Shown here in pieces: positions 26,109-36,130 of a stretch of 64,000 bases of DNA. A model generated the notes under the pieces. That model was not told the DNA's origin. It saw nothing but the letters and a program-made list of their open reading frames with translations, and searched no databases. The DNA is from an uncultured Candidatus Saccharibacteria bacterium (lineage in GTDB: Bacteria > Patescibacteriota > Minisyncoccia > Minisyncoccales > GWA2-38-27), in assembly GCA_964509645.1 (NCBI GenBank), contig CAZDXV010000001.1, positions 15,890 to 79,889 on the forward strand, in the 5' to 3' direction. Position 1 is the stretch's first letter; each line of letters opens with the position of its first letter. The translations under genes and the position numbers were made by a program.

Positions 26109-28130
26109 ATGAAAAAATTAATTGCAACAGCTATTACATTAGCCGTCGTTGCAGTTGTCGCTCCAGTAGCAGCTAGCGCTGTTGATGTCAGCGGAATGGA
26201 TCTTTCAGAGTTGCAGGATTTACTTGCAGCTATTGAAAGCCAGATCGCTGCTCTTTCAGGAGATACAAGTGGAGATGGAGTTGCAGTATCCTGCAATTTT
26301 ACCAGACCTCTTTATCCCGGAAGTACAGGAGCTGACGTTCAGTGCTTACAGCAGTACCTGAATGCCGAAGGGTTCACAGTAGCTTCTTCAGGCGCAGGTT
26401 CTCCGGGAAGTGAGACCATGTATTATGGTTCTCTTACCCAGGCTGCAATAGGCAACTGGCAAGACGCTAATGGCGTAGCTTACGGTAACTACAGAGGTTA
26501 CTTCGGTCCTGTTTCACAGGCCAAGTACGATGCTTTAGCTGCCGCAGATACAGAAGATGAAGATGAGGATGAAGATGAAGATGAGGATGAAGATGATGAA
26601 GATGATGAAGAACTCTCTGGTGGTGAAGCTACAGTTACTCTTACCGCAGCAGCTAGTCCTGCTTCAGGTACAGAGCTGTACACTTCAAATAACGACGTCG
26701 CAGTTGCTGCTTTCAACGCACAGGCTGTAGAAGGCGATGCCAGAATCGAAAGGTTAGATCTTAACTTTAGAACTGGTAACAGTGGAAATGCAAGAGTATG
26801 GCTTTATGTTGACGAGATTTCAATTTGGAATGGCGATGAAGAGGCAGCTAGAAAAAGTATTACTGAGAGCAGTGTTACTACAGTAACAACAGCTTCAGAT
26901 TACATGGTTCGTTTCACCGGTCTTGACATTATAGTTAGGGAAGATGAAACAGAAGAAGTCACCATTAAAGTTAGTGGCAAGAGTTTTCCTGATGGAGGTA
27001 CTGCTACTTCTTACATAGGTGATGTTGACGTTCTAGCAAACGCCGTGAGAGTAACTGACGGAACAGGTGTTACTTCTTACGAACCGACAAGTATGCTTCT
27101 TGACAGCCAGTACTTTACTGTCAAAGAGGGTGATACTGCTGCATTAGAGGGTTCTGTCAATACAGATAATCCTGACGAGCAGTCAGTACAGGTTTCTGAG
27201 TCAGGTACCACAGAGGATATTGTTTTATTGAGGCACGACCTTAAAGCTAAGAACAATAATGTTGTGATCAATAAGGTAGCAAGTGAAATATCAAGTTCTA
27301 CTTCTACTCCAAACACTGTTCTCTCAACGCTGTACTTATATGCTGACGATACTTTGTTAGCTAGCACCAGTGTTCCAAGCACTGTTGGTCGTTTAGCTGT
27401 ATTCACTGGTTGGGGCGATTACACTGTTGAAAAAGACGAAACAGTAACTCTTACTGTAAAGGCAGACGCAAAAAAGCGCCTGATGACTAATTACAATGAG
27501 GGTGCTGCCGCTTCAGCTCTTCTAGATGTTTCAGCTAATGTTGTTGCTTACGATGCAGACAACTATACTGCTATTACGCCCACGGGGTCAGATGGCACAG
27601 GTAAAGATCAGCATCTTTACAGCAAGGGTGTTAGGTTAGCCTTGAACGGCACTCCTTCATTAACAACAGTAGATTTGCCAGGTGCTAGTTCCAGTAGTGG
27701 TCCTATTAGAGCTACAGGTACTATGAAAGTAGATGTTACTGCTTTTGGTGGAACCGTTTATATCAAGGATGATTCTGACGCTAACGCTGCTAGTAGTGGT
27801 GTGTACGCAACTTCAAGTGAAACTGCCAGCACTACAACTACCTTTAGCGTGGTTAGTAACGCAGACACGGGAAGCAATAACAACTGGGTGGTTAGTGAGA
27901 CAGAGACATTTACAGTTACTTTCGACATTGCAAGTAGCGAAGTCTATGGTACTATGGGTGTAGCTGAAAAGTTCAGCGTTAGAGGCATTGTGCCTTATCT
28001 CAGATGGAGCACTACTGATTCAGCAGATGGAGGAATATTGACTAATACGACTAATGTTAGTAACTACGTATATCAGAATTGGGGCAAAAAGGATCTTAAG
28101 ACAGATCCGGTAATAATCTACGCTAAGTAG
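26109..28130 (+). CDS. secreted S/T-rich surface protein with N-terminal peptidoglycan-binding domain (PG_binding_1) and acidic (DE)n linker; candidate S-layer/major surface glycoprotein
   Basis: Signal peptide MKKLIATAITLAVVAVVAPVAASA. PGBD LYPGSTGADVQCLQQYLNAEGF...GYFGPVSQAKY. DEDEDEDEDEDEDDEDDEE tract. Remaining ~480 aa rich in T/S/V/A/G/N/D with no Cys. Noticeably higher GC and different codon usage from neighbours (GCT/GCA/GTT/ACT-rich). Confidence 0.5.
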   Translation: MKKLIATAITLAVVAVVAPVAASAVDVSGMDLSELQDLLAAIESQIAALSGDTSGDGVAVSCNFTRPLYPGSTGADVQCLQQYLNAEGFTVASSGAGSPGSETMYYGSLTQAAIGNWQDANGVAYGNYRGYFGPVSQAKYDALAAADTEDEDEDEDEDEDEDDEDDEELSGGEATVTLTAAASPASGTELYTSNNDVAVAAFNAQAVEGDARIERLDLNFRTGNSGNARVWLYVDEISIWNGDEEAARKSITESSVTTVTTASDYMVRFTGLDIIVREDETEEVTIKVSGKSFPDGGTATSYIGDVDVLANAVRVTDGTGVTSYEPTSMLLDSQYFTVKEGDTAALEGSVNTDNPDEQSVQVSESGTTEDIVLLRHDLKAKNNNVVINKVASEISSSTSTPNTVLSTLYLYADDTLLASTSVPSTVGRLAVFTGWGDYTVEKDETVTLTVKADAKKRLMTNYNEGAAASALLDVSANVVAYDADNYTAITPTGSDGTGKDQHLYSKGVRLALNGTPSLTTVDLPGASSSSGPIRATGTMKVDVTAFGGTVYIKDDSDANAASSGVYATSSETASTTTTFSVVSNADTGSNNNWVVSETETFTVTFDIASSEVYGTMGVAEKFSVRGIVPYLRWSTTDSADGGILTNTTNVSNYVYQNWGKKDLKTDPVIIYAK

Positions 28131-28205
28131 TAATTGCCTTTCCCAATTGATATACTTGATGCTCTGAAAGCAAGTTTCTGGTTGAACTTTAAAGCCAGGG
28201 GAAAT

Positions 28206-28245
28206 CCCTCCGATTGCAATCGGAGGGTTTTCTTTTAAGTTTTTT
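28206..28245 (+). terminator. strong rho-independent terminator
   Basis: ccctccga-TTGCAA-tcggaggg perfect 8-bp stem followed by TTTTCTTTTAAGTTTTTTTT. Confidence 0.7.
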
Positions 28246-28300
28246 TTGGTATACTGTCTATTAGAAGCTAGAGATTTTTTTATCCTAACTTTTAGCTAAA

Positions 28301-30541
28301 ATGATAGAAAAAATTACAAAGTTTTTAATTCTATTAGCCTTAATAATACCTCCTTTTGTTAAGACAGATTATTTATTTTTTCCTTTTTCTTCAGGAAAGG
28401 TGTTTTTTTTCCGCTTCTTTTTGTTTTTAGCTCTTTTAGGATGGGTTATTTTAATGTTAAGAAATAGGGAATTTAGGCCTCAGATGAATATTTTAACAAT
28501 TGCCCTTATTTTATTTGTTATTGGAATGCTGGTAACAAGTTTTACGGGAGTGGGTATTATGCGTTCTCTTTTTTCTAACTTTGAAAGGCACGATGGAACA
28601 ATTCAGTTTTCTTTTTTCGTTTTATACTTTTTAATGCTGATTTCAGTGTTTAAGTCTAAAAAAGATTGGCAGGTATTGATTGGCAGTTTTTTATTGACAG
28701 CATTTGCTATTTCTATTTATTCTTGGATAAGTCAGGGAGAGCAGACTAGATTATCCGGTCTCTTTGGGAACCCTTCCTATCTCGGTGCTTTTTTGCTAAT
28801 TGCTATAGGGTTTTCTGCCGTCGGTTTAAGAGAAAGCTTCAGAAATTTTAACGGCTTTTTAGGAAAGAAATATATTAAAGTTAGCTTAATAACCTTAATC
28901 TTATTTTTCTTAATAACCTTATTTTATACGGGCACTAGAGGTTGTTATGCAGGTATCGCCGTTGCTTTCTTATTAATGGTTATTTTTTCTATATTCTTTT
29001 TCAGAAAGAACAAAAAGGTATTTATTTCTTTGATTTTTGTTGTTGTTCTTTTAATTTTCTTTTTAAGTTTAATATTCATTTTTTCAGATCATTCTTTTGT
29101 AAGAAGCCGTTCAAATCTTAAAAGAATAGCTGATTTAAAAAATCCAACAGAGATTTCTTCGGTTAGCGAAAGATTGTCTGTTTGGAATATGGCTCTAAAA
29201 GGATTTAAGGATAAACCTGTTTTTGGCTGGGGTCCCGAGAACTTTGAAGCTGTTTTTAACAGGCACTATGATTATAAGGTTGGTTTATCAGAGCCTTGGT
29301 TTGATAAAGCCCATAATCAGTTTTTAGAAGTTTTAGCTACGGGAGGAATATTTCTTTTTTCTATTTATCTTTTTTTAATTTTTTCCGTATTTTATTTAAT
29401 ATTTAAAATATTTAAAAAAGAGAAACTGTTAGCTGTTATTTTGACTTCTATTTATTTTGGCTATTTAGTCCAAGGAATGTTTTTGTTTGATACTCTCCAT
29501 TTATATCTAGCACTTTTCCCTTTCTTAGCTTTTATTTCTTTTGAATACAAAAGACTATATCTTTCTTCCGGGGAAAATAACAGAAAAACAAATAAAGAAA
29601 ATCCTTCTTTGTTTAAATTTTTTACAGGGGTAACTGTTTTGGTTGTTATCTTTTTGCTTTATACGACCGTCTGGCTTCCTTATAAAGCAAATGCTTCGGC
29701 TTTAAACTGTTTGATGGCCACAAGAGAAGGTAATTTTAAAGAAGCAAAAGAGTTTTTAGAAGAAGCGATTGACAATGATACGCCTTTTTCTTTTGTTCCG
29801 ATAAGAATTAGAGTTTCTTGGGACTTCTTTTCAGGATTAGCTCTCATAGAAGAGGGTGTACCTCCCGAAAAAATAAAGCCCGCTATAAAGGATCTTTATC
29901 GTCTTTTAACGTCAGAATTAGAAAAAGTAGTGATTAGTTCTCCTTATAATTCTAGGGTTTATTATGTTTTAGGAGTACTTTATCAATTAGGATTTGAAAA
30001 ATTAGGAATAAACGACTTAGATAAAGCAGAAGAAATTTTTAAAAAGTCTTTAAACTACTCTGACAAAAGAACCGATTATTACAATGAGTATGCTAAGGTT
30101 TTATTAGCGATGGAAGAATATAAAAAAGCGGAAAAATTAGTTAAAGAATATTTAGAGAGGACAGGTAGAAAAGATCCTACTGTTTTATTTACTTTGGGTA
30201 ATATAAATTTTAATCAAGGAAATTATGAGTTAACTATAAAATATTATGAAAGAGCGCGTGAAGAAGGTTACGATTTTCTAAAAACGGAAGGATCTTATTC
30301 TCGTTATCTCTTATCTGCTCAGGAGATTGGCGACTACCAAAAAATTATTGATGCAGCCAAGGCTTATTTAGAAAAAAATAGAAGTCTTCTTGAAGGGAAA
30401 AAACTGGCTAATACTTATTACAACATAGCTTTGGGTTATATGAAAATAGGTAAAAATGATGTAGCTAAAGAATATTTTTACAAAGCTTTAGAAATAGAAG
30501 AGGGGTACAAAGAATATAAAAGTATTTTTGATAATCTTTAA
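28301..30541 (+). CDS. O-antigen ligase/Wzy_C-domain polytopic membrane protein with C-terminal TPR repeats (candidate O-oligosaccharyltransferase or polymerase)
   Basis: ~12 TM helices with the Wzy_C-like segment YTGTRGCYAGIAVAFLLMV...WGPENFEAVFNRHYD...HNQFLEVLATGGIF. C-terminal ~250 aa made of TPR-like repeats. Confidence 0.6.
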   Translation: MIEKITKFLILLALIIPPFVKTDYLFFPFSSGKVFFFRFFLFLALLGWVILMLRNREFRPQMNILTIALILFVIGMLVTSFTGVGIMRSLFSNFERHDGTIQFSFFVLYFLMLISVFKSKKDWQVLIGSFLLTAFAISIYSWISQGEQTRLSGLFGNPSYLGAFLLIAIGFSAVGLRESFRNFNGFLGKKYIKVSLITLILFFLITLFYTGTRGCYAGIAVAFLLMVIFSIFFFRKNKKVFISLIFVVVLLIFFLSLIFIFSDHSFVRSRSNLKRIADLKNPTEISSVSERLSVWNMALKGFKDKPVFGWGPENFEAVFNRHYDYKVGLSEPWFDKAHNQFLEVLATGGIFLFSIYLFLIFSVFYLIFKIFKKEKLLAVILTSIYFGYLVQGMFLFDTLHLYLALFPFLAFISFEYKRLYLSSGENNRKTNKENPSLFKFFTGVTVLVVIFLLYTTVWLPYKANASALNCLMATREGNFKEAKEFLEEAIDNDTPFSFVPIRIRVSWDFFSGLALIEEGVPPEKIKPAIKDLYRLLTSELEKVVISSPYNSRVYYVLGVLYQLGFEKLGINDLDKAEEIFKKSLNYSDKRTDYYNEYAKVLLAMEEYKKAEKLVKEYLERTGRKDPTVLFTLGNINFNQGNYELTIKYYERAREEGYDFLKTEGSYSRYLLSAQEIGDYQKIIDAAKAYLEKNRSLLEGKKLANTYYNIALGYMKIGKNDVAKEYFYKALEIEEGYKEYKSIFDNL

Positions 30542-30570
30542 TTGTTTCTAATTTTTTGTTAACATAGATC

Positions 30571-32295
30571 TTGATGAAAGACTTTTTTAAGAAAACAATC
30601 CTTTTGGGTTTTATTTTATTTTCTCTTTTTATTGGAGGAAAAGTTTTAGCTTCAGAAGGTTTCCATGTGGATCCAGATTACGATCTTTTTAAAAGAAAAG
30701 AAATAGAAGCAGTAAAAATTGATTCATCTGACAAATTGTACTTTTATATTGATAACAGCTGGTGGGAAGATCTTTTTTCTGAAGAAAAAGAGAAGATAAA
30801 GGATTCTTTGGAAAAATTAGGGAAAGAGTTTGATGATAATATTTATCCTATTTTAACTTCAGATTATGGATCTGAATGGAACCCTGGCATTGATAATGAC
30901 AACAGGATTACAGTTTTAATCCATCCGATGAAAGGAGGGGTAACGGGATATTTTAATAGTGGAGACCAGTATAGTGTTTACCAAAATTCGGCTTCTAACG
31001 AAAGAGAGATGGTTTATCTAGATGTTAGGCGTATTACAGATGAGGCAGTAGAAAGCTATTTAGCTCATGAGTTTACTCACTTGATTACTTTTAATCAGAA
31101 GCAAAATTTAAATAATATTCAAGAAGAAGTGTGGCTGAATGAAGCAAGAGCAGAATATGCTTCTACTTTGTGTGGATATAACGAAGAGTACGAGGGAAGT
31201 TATCTTGAATCAAGAGTAAATGATTTTATAAAAACTCCTTCTGATTCTATTACAGAATGGCAGGGAAAAACTGACGACTATGGTGCTCTTTCTATGTTTA
31301 TTCACTATTTGGCGGATCATTACGGTAAAGAGATTCTTACCAAAAGTATTAGATCTTCTAAAATAGGAATTGAGAGTATAAACGAAGCTTTAAGAGACAA
31401 TGGATCTAATAAAAGATTTTCAGAAATATTTATTGATTGGACAATAGCAGTGTTTGTAAATGATTGTTCTATGAACGAGAAATATTGTTATTTAAATAGT
31501 AACCTAAAAAACTTGAGAGTTTTCCCCCAGAGTAATTATTTGCCGGTAGAATCCCAAAGCATTCTTTCCGTTTTTTATCAGACAAAAGATTGGACAGGAA
31601 GATGGCATAAAATATTCGGAGGGAAGGGCAACCTGGAATTTGAATTTGACGGAGAAGATGATATAAGTTTTAAGGCCCCTTTTATTCTTTGTAGAAAGGG
31701 AAATAACTGCTCAGTAGATTATTTGGAATTAGATAGCAAACAAAAAGGACAGATTAAAATATCCGATTTCGGAGAAGATTACAATTATTTTACTATCATT
31801 CCCGTGGTTAGAGAGAAAATTTCAGGATTTGACGGTTCAGAAACTAATTACAGCTATTCTTGGCAAGCTAATTCCTCTGGGCTGAAAGATGATGCTGTTG
31901 ATGAGCACCAAAACAATATTCCTATAGAAGATCAGGTGGGAGAAACAAAAGAAGAAAAGCTTAGCAGGCTTTTACGCCTTTTAGAGTTGGTAAAAGAGAG
32001 AATAGCTGAGATTATTTCAGGGGATTCTTATTGTCAGAGAATTGATAACAATCTTTATTACGGAATGAGAAATAATAATGAAGTAAAATGTTTACAGAAA
32101 TTTTTAAAAAATCAGGGTTCTGACATCTATCCTGAAGGATTAGTAACCGGTAACTATCTCTCTCTGACAAGAAAAGCCGTAGTTCGTTTTCAGGAAAAAC
32201 ATAAAGACCAAATACTGACTCCGCTTAATTTAAGTCAGGGAACAGGTTATTTTGGGCCCAGGAGTCGGGAAGTAGCCAACGAACTAATGGATTAA
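30571..32295 (+). CDS. secreted putative zinc metallopeptidase (HEXXH) with C-terminal peptidoglycan-binding domain
   Basis: Signal anchor; AHEFTHLITF...EEVWLNEARAEY (HExxH plus downstream Glu). C-terminal CLQKFLKNQGSDIYPEGLVTGNYLSLTRKAVVRFQ...GYFGP PG_binding_1. Confidence 0.45.
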   Translation: MMKDFFKKTILLGFILFSLFIGGKVLASEGFHVDPDYDLFKRKEIEAVKIDSSDKLYFYIDNSWWEDLFSEEKEKIKDSLEKLGKEFDDNIYPILTSDYGSEWNPGIDNDNRITVLIHPMKGGVTGYFNSGDQYSVYQNSASNEREMVYLDVRRITDEAVESYLAHEFTHLITFNQKQNLNNIQEEVWLNEARAEYASTLCGYNEEYEGSYLESRVNDFIKTPSDSITEWQGKTDDYGALSMFIHYLADHYGKEILTKSIRSSKIGIESINEALRDNGSNKRFSEIFIDWTIAVFVNDCSMNEKYCYLNSNLKNLRVFPQSNYLPVESQSILSVFYQTKDWTGRWHKIFGGKGNLEFEFDGEDDISFKAPFILCRKGNNCSVDYLELDSKQKGQIKISDFGEDYNYFTIIPVVREKISGFDGSETNYSYSWQANSSGLKDDAVDEHQNNIPIEDQVGETKEEKLSRLLRLLELVKERIAEIISGDSYCQRIDNNLYYGMRNNNEVKCLQKFLKNQGSDIYPEGLVTGNYLSLTRKAVVRFQEKHKDQILTPLNLSQGTGYFGPRSREVANELMD

Positions 32296-32316
32296 TCTTA
32301 TATGAACCTTTTTGAC

Positions 32317-32345
32317 ACCTCTTGACAAGAGGTTTTTCTTTTTTT
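32317..32345 (+). terminator. terminator hairpin plus T-run
   Basis: cctct-TGACA-agagg followed by TTTTTCTTTTTTT. Confidence 0.5.
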
Positions 32346-32358
32346 AAGATGAAGCTGT

Positions 32359-32604
32359 ATGGGAAAGATTAAACCAGACGAATTATATACAACAAAAGAA
32401 GCGAAAAGTTTTTTGAAGATATCAGAGAGCACTATGAAACGTCTTTTAAAGAAAGGTATAATTAAGGCTCACAAGGTCGGGGGGCAATATAGAATTTGGG
32501 GTAGTGAAATATTACAGCTTGTTTCTCCCAAGCTAGAGTCGGGTGTTTATCGAGTTTATAAAAAGGCCAAAGATAAAACTAGAGAAAAAATAGAAAAATG
32601 GTAA
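32359..32604 (+). CDS. small excisionase/MerR-like HTH DNA-binding protein
   Basis: ELYTTKEAKSFLKISESTMKRLLKKGIIKAHKVGGQYRI matches the HTH_17/excisionase-type helix-turn-helix pattern; 81 aa. Confidence 0.5.
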   Translation: MGKIKPDELYTTKEAKSFLKISESTMKRLLKKGIIKAHKVGGQYRIWGSEILQLVSPKLESGVYRVYKKAKDKTREKIEKW

Positions 32605-32635
32605 TCGGAGACAATAAATTAAAAAATAAAATATT

Positions 32636-33628
32636 ATGAAAAAAAGAATTTTAATTACGGGCGGAGTAGGATTTATCGGCGCTCATTTAATAGAGGGTAT
32701 TTTGAAGGATACGAATTGGGAAATTGTTATAATAGATAGGTTAGATATATCAGGAAATACAAAAAGACTAACAGATATTGAGCTTTGGGATGAAGAAAAA
32801 GATAGAATTAAATTTATTTGGTGGGATTTAAAATCAGAGGTAAATAATTCTATTAAAAAAGAGATAGGAGAGGTAGATTATATTTGGCATTTAGCCGCTT
32901 CTAGTCATGTAGATAGAAGCATAGAGGATCCTCTATTGTTTGTAATGGATAATGTAGTAGGAACATGCAATCTTTTGAATTTTTCAAAAAAACTCAAAAA
33001 TTTAAAGCAGTTTATATATTTTTCCACTGATGAAGTATTTGGACCAGCTAAGAGCGGAGTATCTTATAAAGAGTGGGATAGATATAAATCAGGCAACCCT
33101 TATGCTGCCACCAAGGCCGGTGCTGAAGAATTATGTGTTGCCTTTCAAAACACTTATAAACTTCCAATAATTATTACTCATACTATGAACGTGTTTGGTG
33201 AAAGACAACATCCAGAGAAATTTATCCCTCTTGTTATTAAAAAAGTTCTAGTTGGTGAAAAAGTGTTTATCCATGCCGACAAGACAAAAACAAAATCAGG
33301 AAGTAGGGCATGGATACATGCTAGAAATGTATTTTCAGCACTATTTTTTCTAACAAAAAAGGGGAAACCAGGCGACAAATACAACATAGTAGGGGAAAAA
33401 GAAGTAACTAATTTAGAAATGGCTCAGTTTATAGCTAGGGTTATTGGAAAAGAATTAAAATATGAGTTAATCGATTTTCATTCTTCAAGACCAGGGCATG
33501 ATTTAAGATATAGCTTGGACGGTAAAAAAATGAGAAAAATGGGTTGGCAGCTTCCTAAGACATTCGAGCAATCATTAAAAAAAACTATTAAATGGACATT
33601 AGATCATCAAGAATGGATAAACATTTAG
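32636..33628 (+). CDS. rfbB: dTDP-glucose 4,6-dehydratase (SDR family)
   Basis: ILITGGVGFIGAHL Rossmann motif; HLAASSHVDRSIEDP (RmlB signature); YAATKAGAEEL catalytic YxxxK. Confidence 0.7.
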   Translation: MKKRILITGGVGFIGAHLIEGILKDTNWEIVIIDRLDISGNTKRLTDIELWDEEKDRIKFIWWDLKSEVNNSIKKEIGEVDYIWHLAASSHVDRSIEDPLLFVMDNVVGTCNLLNFSKKLKNLKQFIYFSTDEVFGPAKSGVSYKEWDRYKSGNPYAATKAGAEELCVAFQNTYKLPIIITHTMNVFGERQHPEKFIPLVIKKVLVGEKVFIHADKTKTKSGSRAWIHARNVFSALFFLTKKGKPGDKYNIVGEKEVTNLEMAQFIARVIGKELKYELIDFHSSRPGHDLRYSLDGKKMRKMGWQLPKTFEQSLKKTIKWTLDHQEWINI

Positions 33629-34038
33629 GTAATAAAAAAATTAGACACAAAGTTAAAGAAATAGAACTCCATTCAGATGAAAGGGGTTGGTTGGCAGAGG
33701 TATTAAAAAGAAACGAAATAAAAGAAGACATAAAGCAGATTTATGTTGCTACCATTAAACCGGGTTATATTAGGGGTAATCATTATCACCTAGAAAGAAC
33801 CGAATGGTTCTTTGTTGTCGGTGGCAGGGCTAATCTATATCTTGGAAATCCCGAAAACAAAGAAAATATTTGTTTAGAAATTTCCTCTGGGAAACCTAAA
33901 GTAATAACTATTTTCCCCAAAACAGCTCATGCTGTAAAAAACACAGGAGAAGAAACCATTTATTTAGTAAGTGCTCGAAATACTATTTATGATCCGGAAA
34001 ATACGGACACATTTTATTATTCGCTTTGTGAAAAATAA
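33592..34038 (+). CDS. cupin-fold sugar-nucleotide 3,5-epimerase/3,4-ketoisomerase (RmlC/FdtA-like)
   Basis: HSDERGWLAEV and RGNHYH cupin motifs; small size favours an FdtA/QdtA-like ketoisomerase. Probable start downstream of the annotated one. Confidence 0.45.
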   Translation: MDIRSSRMDKHLGNKKIRHKVKEIELHSDERGWLAEVLKRNEIKEDIKQIYVATIKPGYIRGNHYHLERTEWFFVVGGRANLYLGNPENKENICLEISSGKPKVITIFPKTAHAVKNTGEETIYLVSARNTIYDPENTDTFYYSLCEK

Positions 34039-34055
34039 TTTCTAAGAATTTAAAA

Positions 34056-35345
34056 ATGAAAAATTTAGAATATTTGATTAAAAATAAAAAAGCTAAAGTT
34101 GCTGTAGTAGGTTTAGGATATGTGGGGTTGCCTCATGCCGTGGAATTGGCTAAGGCAGGATTTAATGTTTTTGGAATTGATATTAAGAAGGAGAGAGTAG
34201 ATAGAGCAAACAAAGGAGATTCTTATATTGGGGACGTAAAAGACGAAGATCTTAAAAGTGTTCTAGGTAAATTTAAGGCGTTTAATAATTTTGAAAAATT
34301 AAAAGAAGTTGATGTTGTTTTGATTTGTGTTCCTACTCCTCTTGATAAGCACAAGGTCCCTGATATTTCTTATATTAAAAAATCGAGTCAAGAGATTAAA
34401 AAAAGATTGAAAGATAAAAAATTAATAATTCTTGAAAGTACTAGCTATCCTGGCACAACAGAGGAAATTATTCTGGCTATGCTTCAAAAAGAGGGGTTAA
34501 AAGTAGATCAAGATTTTTATTTAGCTTTTGCTCCGGAAAGAATTGATCCCGGAAATAAAATGCCTTTTTATGATATTCCTAAAATAGTTGGAGGAGTGAC
34601 AAAAGAGAGCACGAAACTGGCTCAAATTTTTTATGAACAATTTATAAAAAAAGTTTATTCTGTATCCTCCTCTAGAGCAGCGGAAATGACCAAACTTTTA
34701 GAAAATGCCTATAGGTTAGTGAATATTTCTATGGTTAATGAACTGTCTCTTCTTTGCGACAAAATGGGAGTTGATATTTGGGAAGTAATTAGAGCCGCAG
34801 AAACCAAGCCTTATGGGTTTACTCCTTTTTATCCCTCTCCCAAGATAGGGGGGCATTGTATTCCTCTTGATCCTTTTTATCTTTCTTATAAGGCAAAAGA
34901 ATATAATTTTTGGGCTCGATTTATTGAATTAGCGGGAGAAATTAACGATCATATGCCGCATTTTGTGGTTACAAAAATTAATTATCTTTTAAACAAAAAT
35001 AAAAAATCTATTTCTGGATCTAAAATTTTAATTTGGGGAGTAAGCTACAAAAAAGATATAGGAGATATCAGAGAATCAGCTTCTTTAAGAATAATCCCTG
35101 ATTTGATAAGAAAAGGAGCTGAGATTTCTTATTTTGATCCTTATGTTCAAAAACTAAACATAGGAAGGAAGGTTTTTAATTCTATAAATTATTTGTTAAA
35201 AGAATTAAAAAAATACGATTTGGTTTTAATTATAACTGATCACTCTGATTTTGATTACAATAAGATAGCAAAAAATTCTAATTTGGTAGTAGATACTAGA
35301 AATGCGATTAAATCCAGGGATCATAATAATGTTTTCTGGCTATAA
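34056..35345 (+). CDS. nucleotide-sugar (UDP-N-acetylhexosamine) 6-dehydrogenase, WbpA/TviB/WecC family
   Basis: VAVVGLGYVGLPHAVELA Rossmann; catalytic Cys in GGHCIPLDPFYL; 429 aa. Confidence 0.75.
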   Translation: MKNLEYLIKNKKAKVAVVGLGYVGLPHAVELAKAGFNVFGIDIKKERVDRANKGDSYIGDVKDEDLKSVLGKFKAFNNFEKLKEVDVVLICVPTPLDKHKVPDISYIKKSSQEIKKRLKDKKLIILESTSYPGTTEEIILAMLQKEGLKVDQDFYLAFAPERIDPGNKMPFYDIPKIVGGVTKESTKLAQIFYEQFIKKVYSVSSSRAAEMTKLLENAYRLVNISMVNELSLLCDKMGVDIWEVIRAAETKPYGFTPFYPSPKIGGHCIPLDPFYLSYKAKEYNFWARFIELAGEINDHMPHFVVTKINYLLNKNKKSISGSKILIWGVSYKKDIGDIRESASLRIIPDLIRKGAEISYFDPYVQKLNIGRKVFNSINYLLKELKKYDLVLIITDHSDFDYNKIAKNSNLVVDTRNAIKSRDHNNVFWL

Positions 35346-35347
35346 TT

Positions 35348-36130
35348 ATGAAATTTTTTTTAATAGGAAAAGGATTTATTTTTCCGCGCCATAAGAATGC
35401 TATAGAAAGTATAGGCGGTGAGATAATAGATATAGTAAGTAAGGAGGATGGTGAAGAAAAGTGGAAAGAAGTCTTAGATAATACGTTAGCTGAGTATGTT
35501 TCTATTCTGACCCCCAACTATCTTCATTATGAAATGATAGAAAGAGCTTTAAGTAGGGGAAAAAGAGTTCTTTCCGAAAAACCCTTAGTTATAAATTCAA
35601 ACAACGCAAAAGAATTAATAGGAAAAGATGTTTTTTGCGTTTTACAGCTAAGGTATCATCCTCTGGTTAAGAAAATTAAAAAAAAGATAAGTAAAACCGA
35701 AAAAAACAAAATAGATATAGATGTTTCAGTTTTTAGAGATAGGGATTACCATAGAGGTTGGAAAGGAAATACAGAAAAGTCCGGAGGCTTACTATTTAAC
35801 TTAGGTATTCATTATTTTGATCTTCTCTTATATCTTTTTGGGAAAGAAAAAGAAGCAAAAACCCTTTTCTTAAAAGAAAAGAGTGGGCAAGGGATTATTC
35901 GCGGAGAAAATTATGTTTGTAATTGGCGAATAAGTACAAACGAGAGAAGAGATAACCAAAGAAGAATTTTTAGGATAAATGGCGAAGATTATAATTTTTC
36001 TTCTAAAGATAATCTTTCTTATGAAAATCTTCATAAATTTGTTTACAAGGATTTTGTTCAAGGAAAAGGAGTTAAAGCAAAAGAGGAGATAGAATCAATT
36101 AAATTAGTAGAAAGGCTTTATGAAAAATAA
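35348..36130 (+). CDS. Gfo/Idh/MocA-family oxidoreductase (WbpB-like 3-dehydrogenase candidate)
   Basis: N-terminal [16 protein letters not shown] dinucleotide fold, EKP motif. Sits between the WbpA-like and WbpD/E-like genes. Confidence 0.5.
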   Translation: MKFFLIGKGFIFPRHKNAIESIGGEIIDIVSKEDGEEKWKEVLDNTLAEYVSILTPNYLHYEMIERALSRGKRVLSEKPLVINSNNAKELIGKDVFCVLQLRYHPLVKKIKKKISKTEKNKIDIDVSVFRDRDYHRGWKGNTEKSGGLLFNLGIHYFDLLLYLFGKEKEAKTLFLKEKSGQGIIRGENYVCNWRISTNERRDNQRRIFRINGEDYNFSSKDNLSYENLHKFVYKDFVQGKGVKAKEEIESIKLVERLYEK

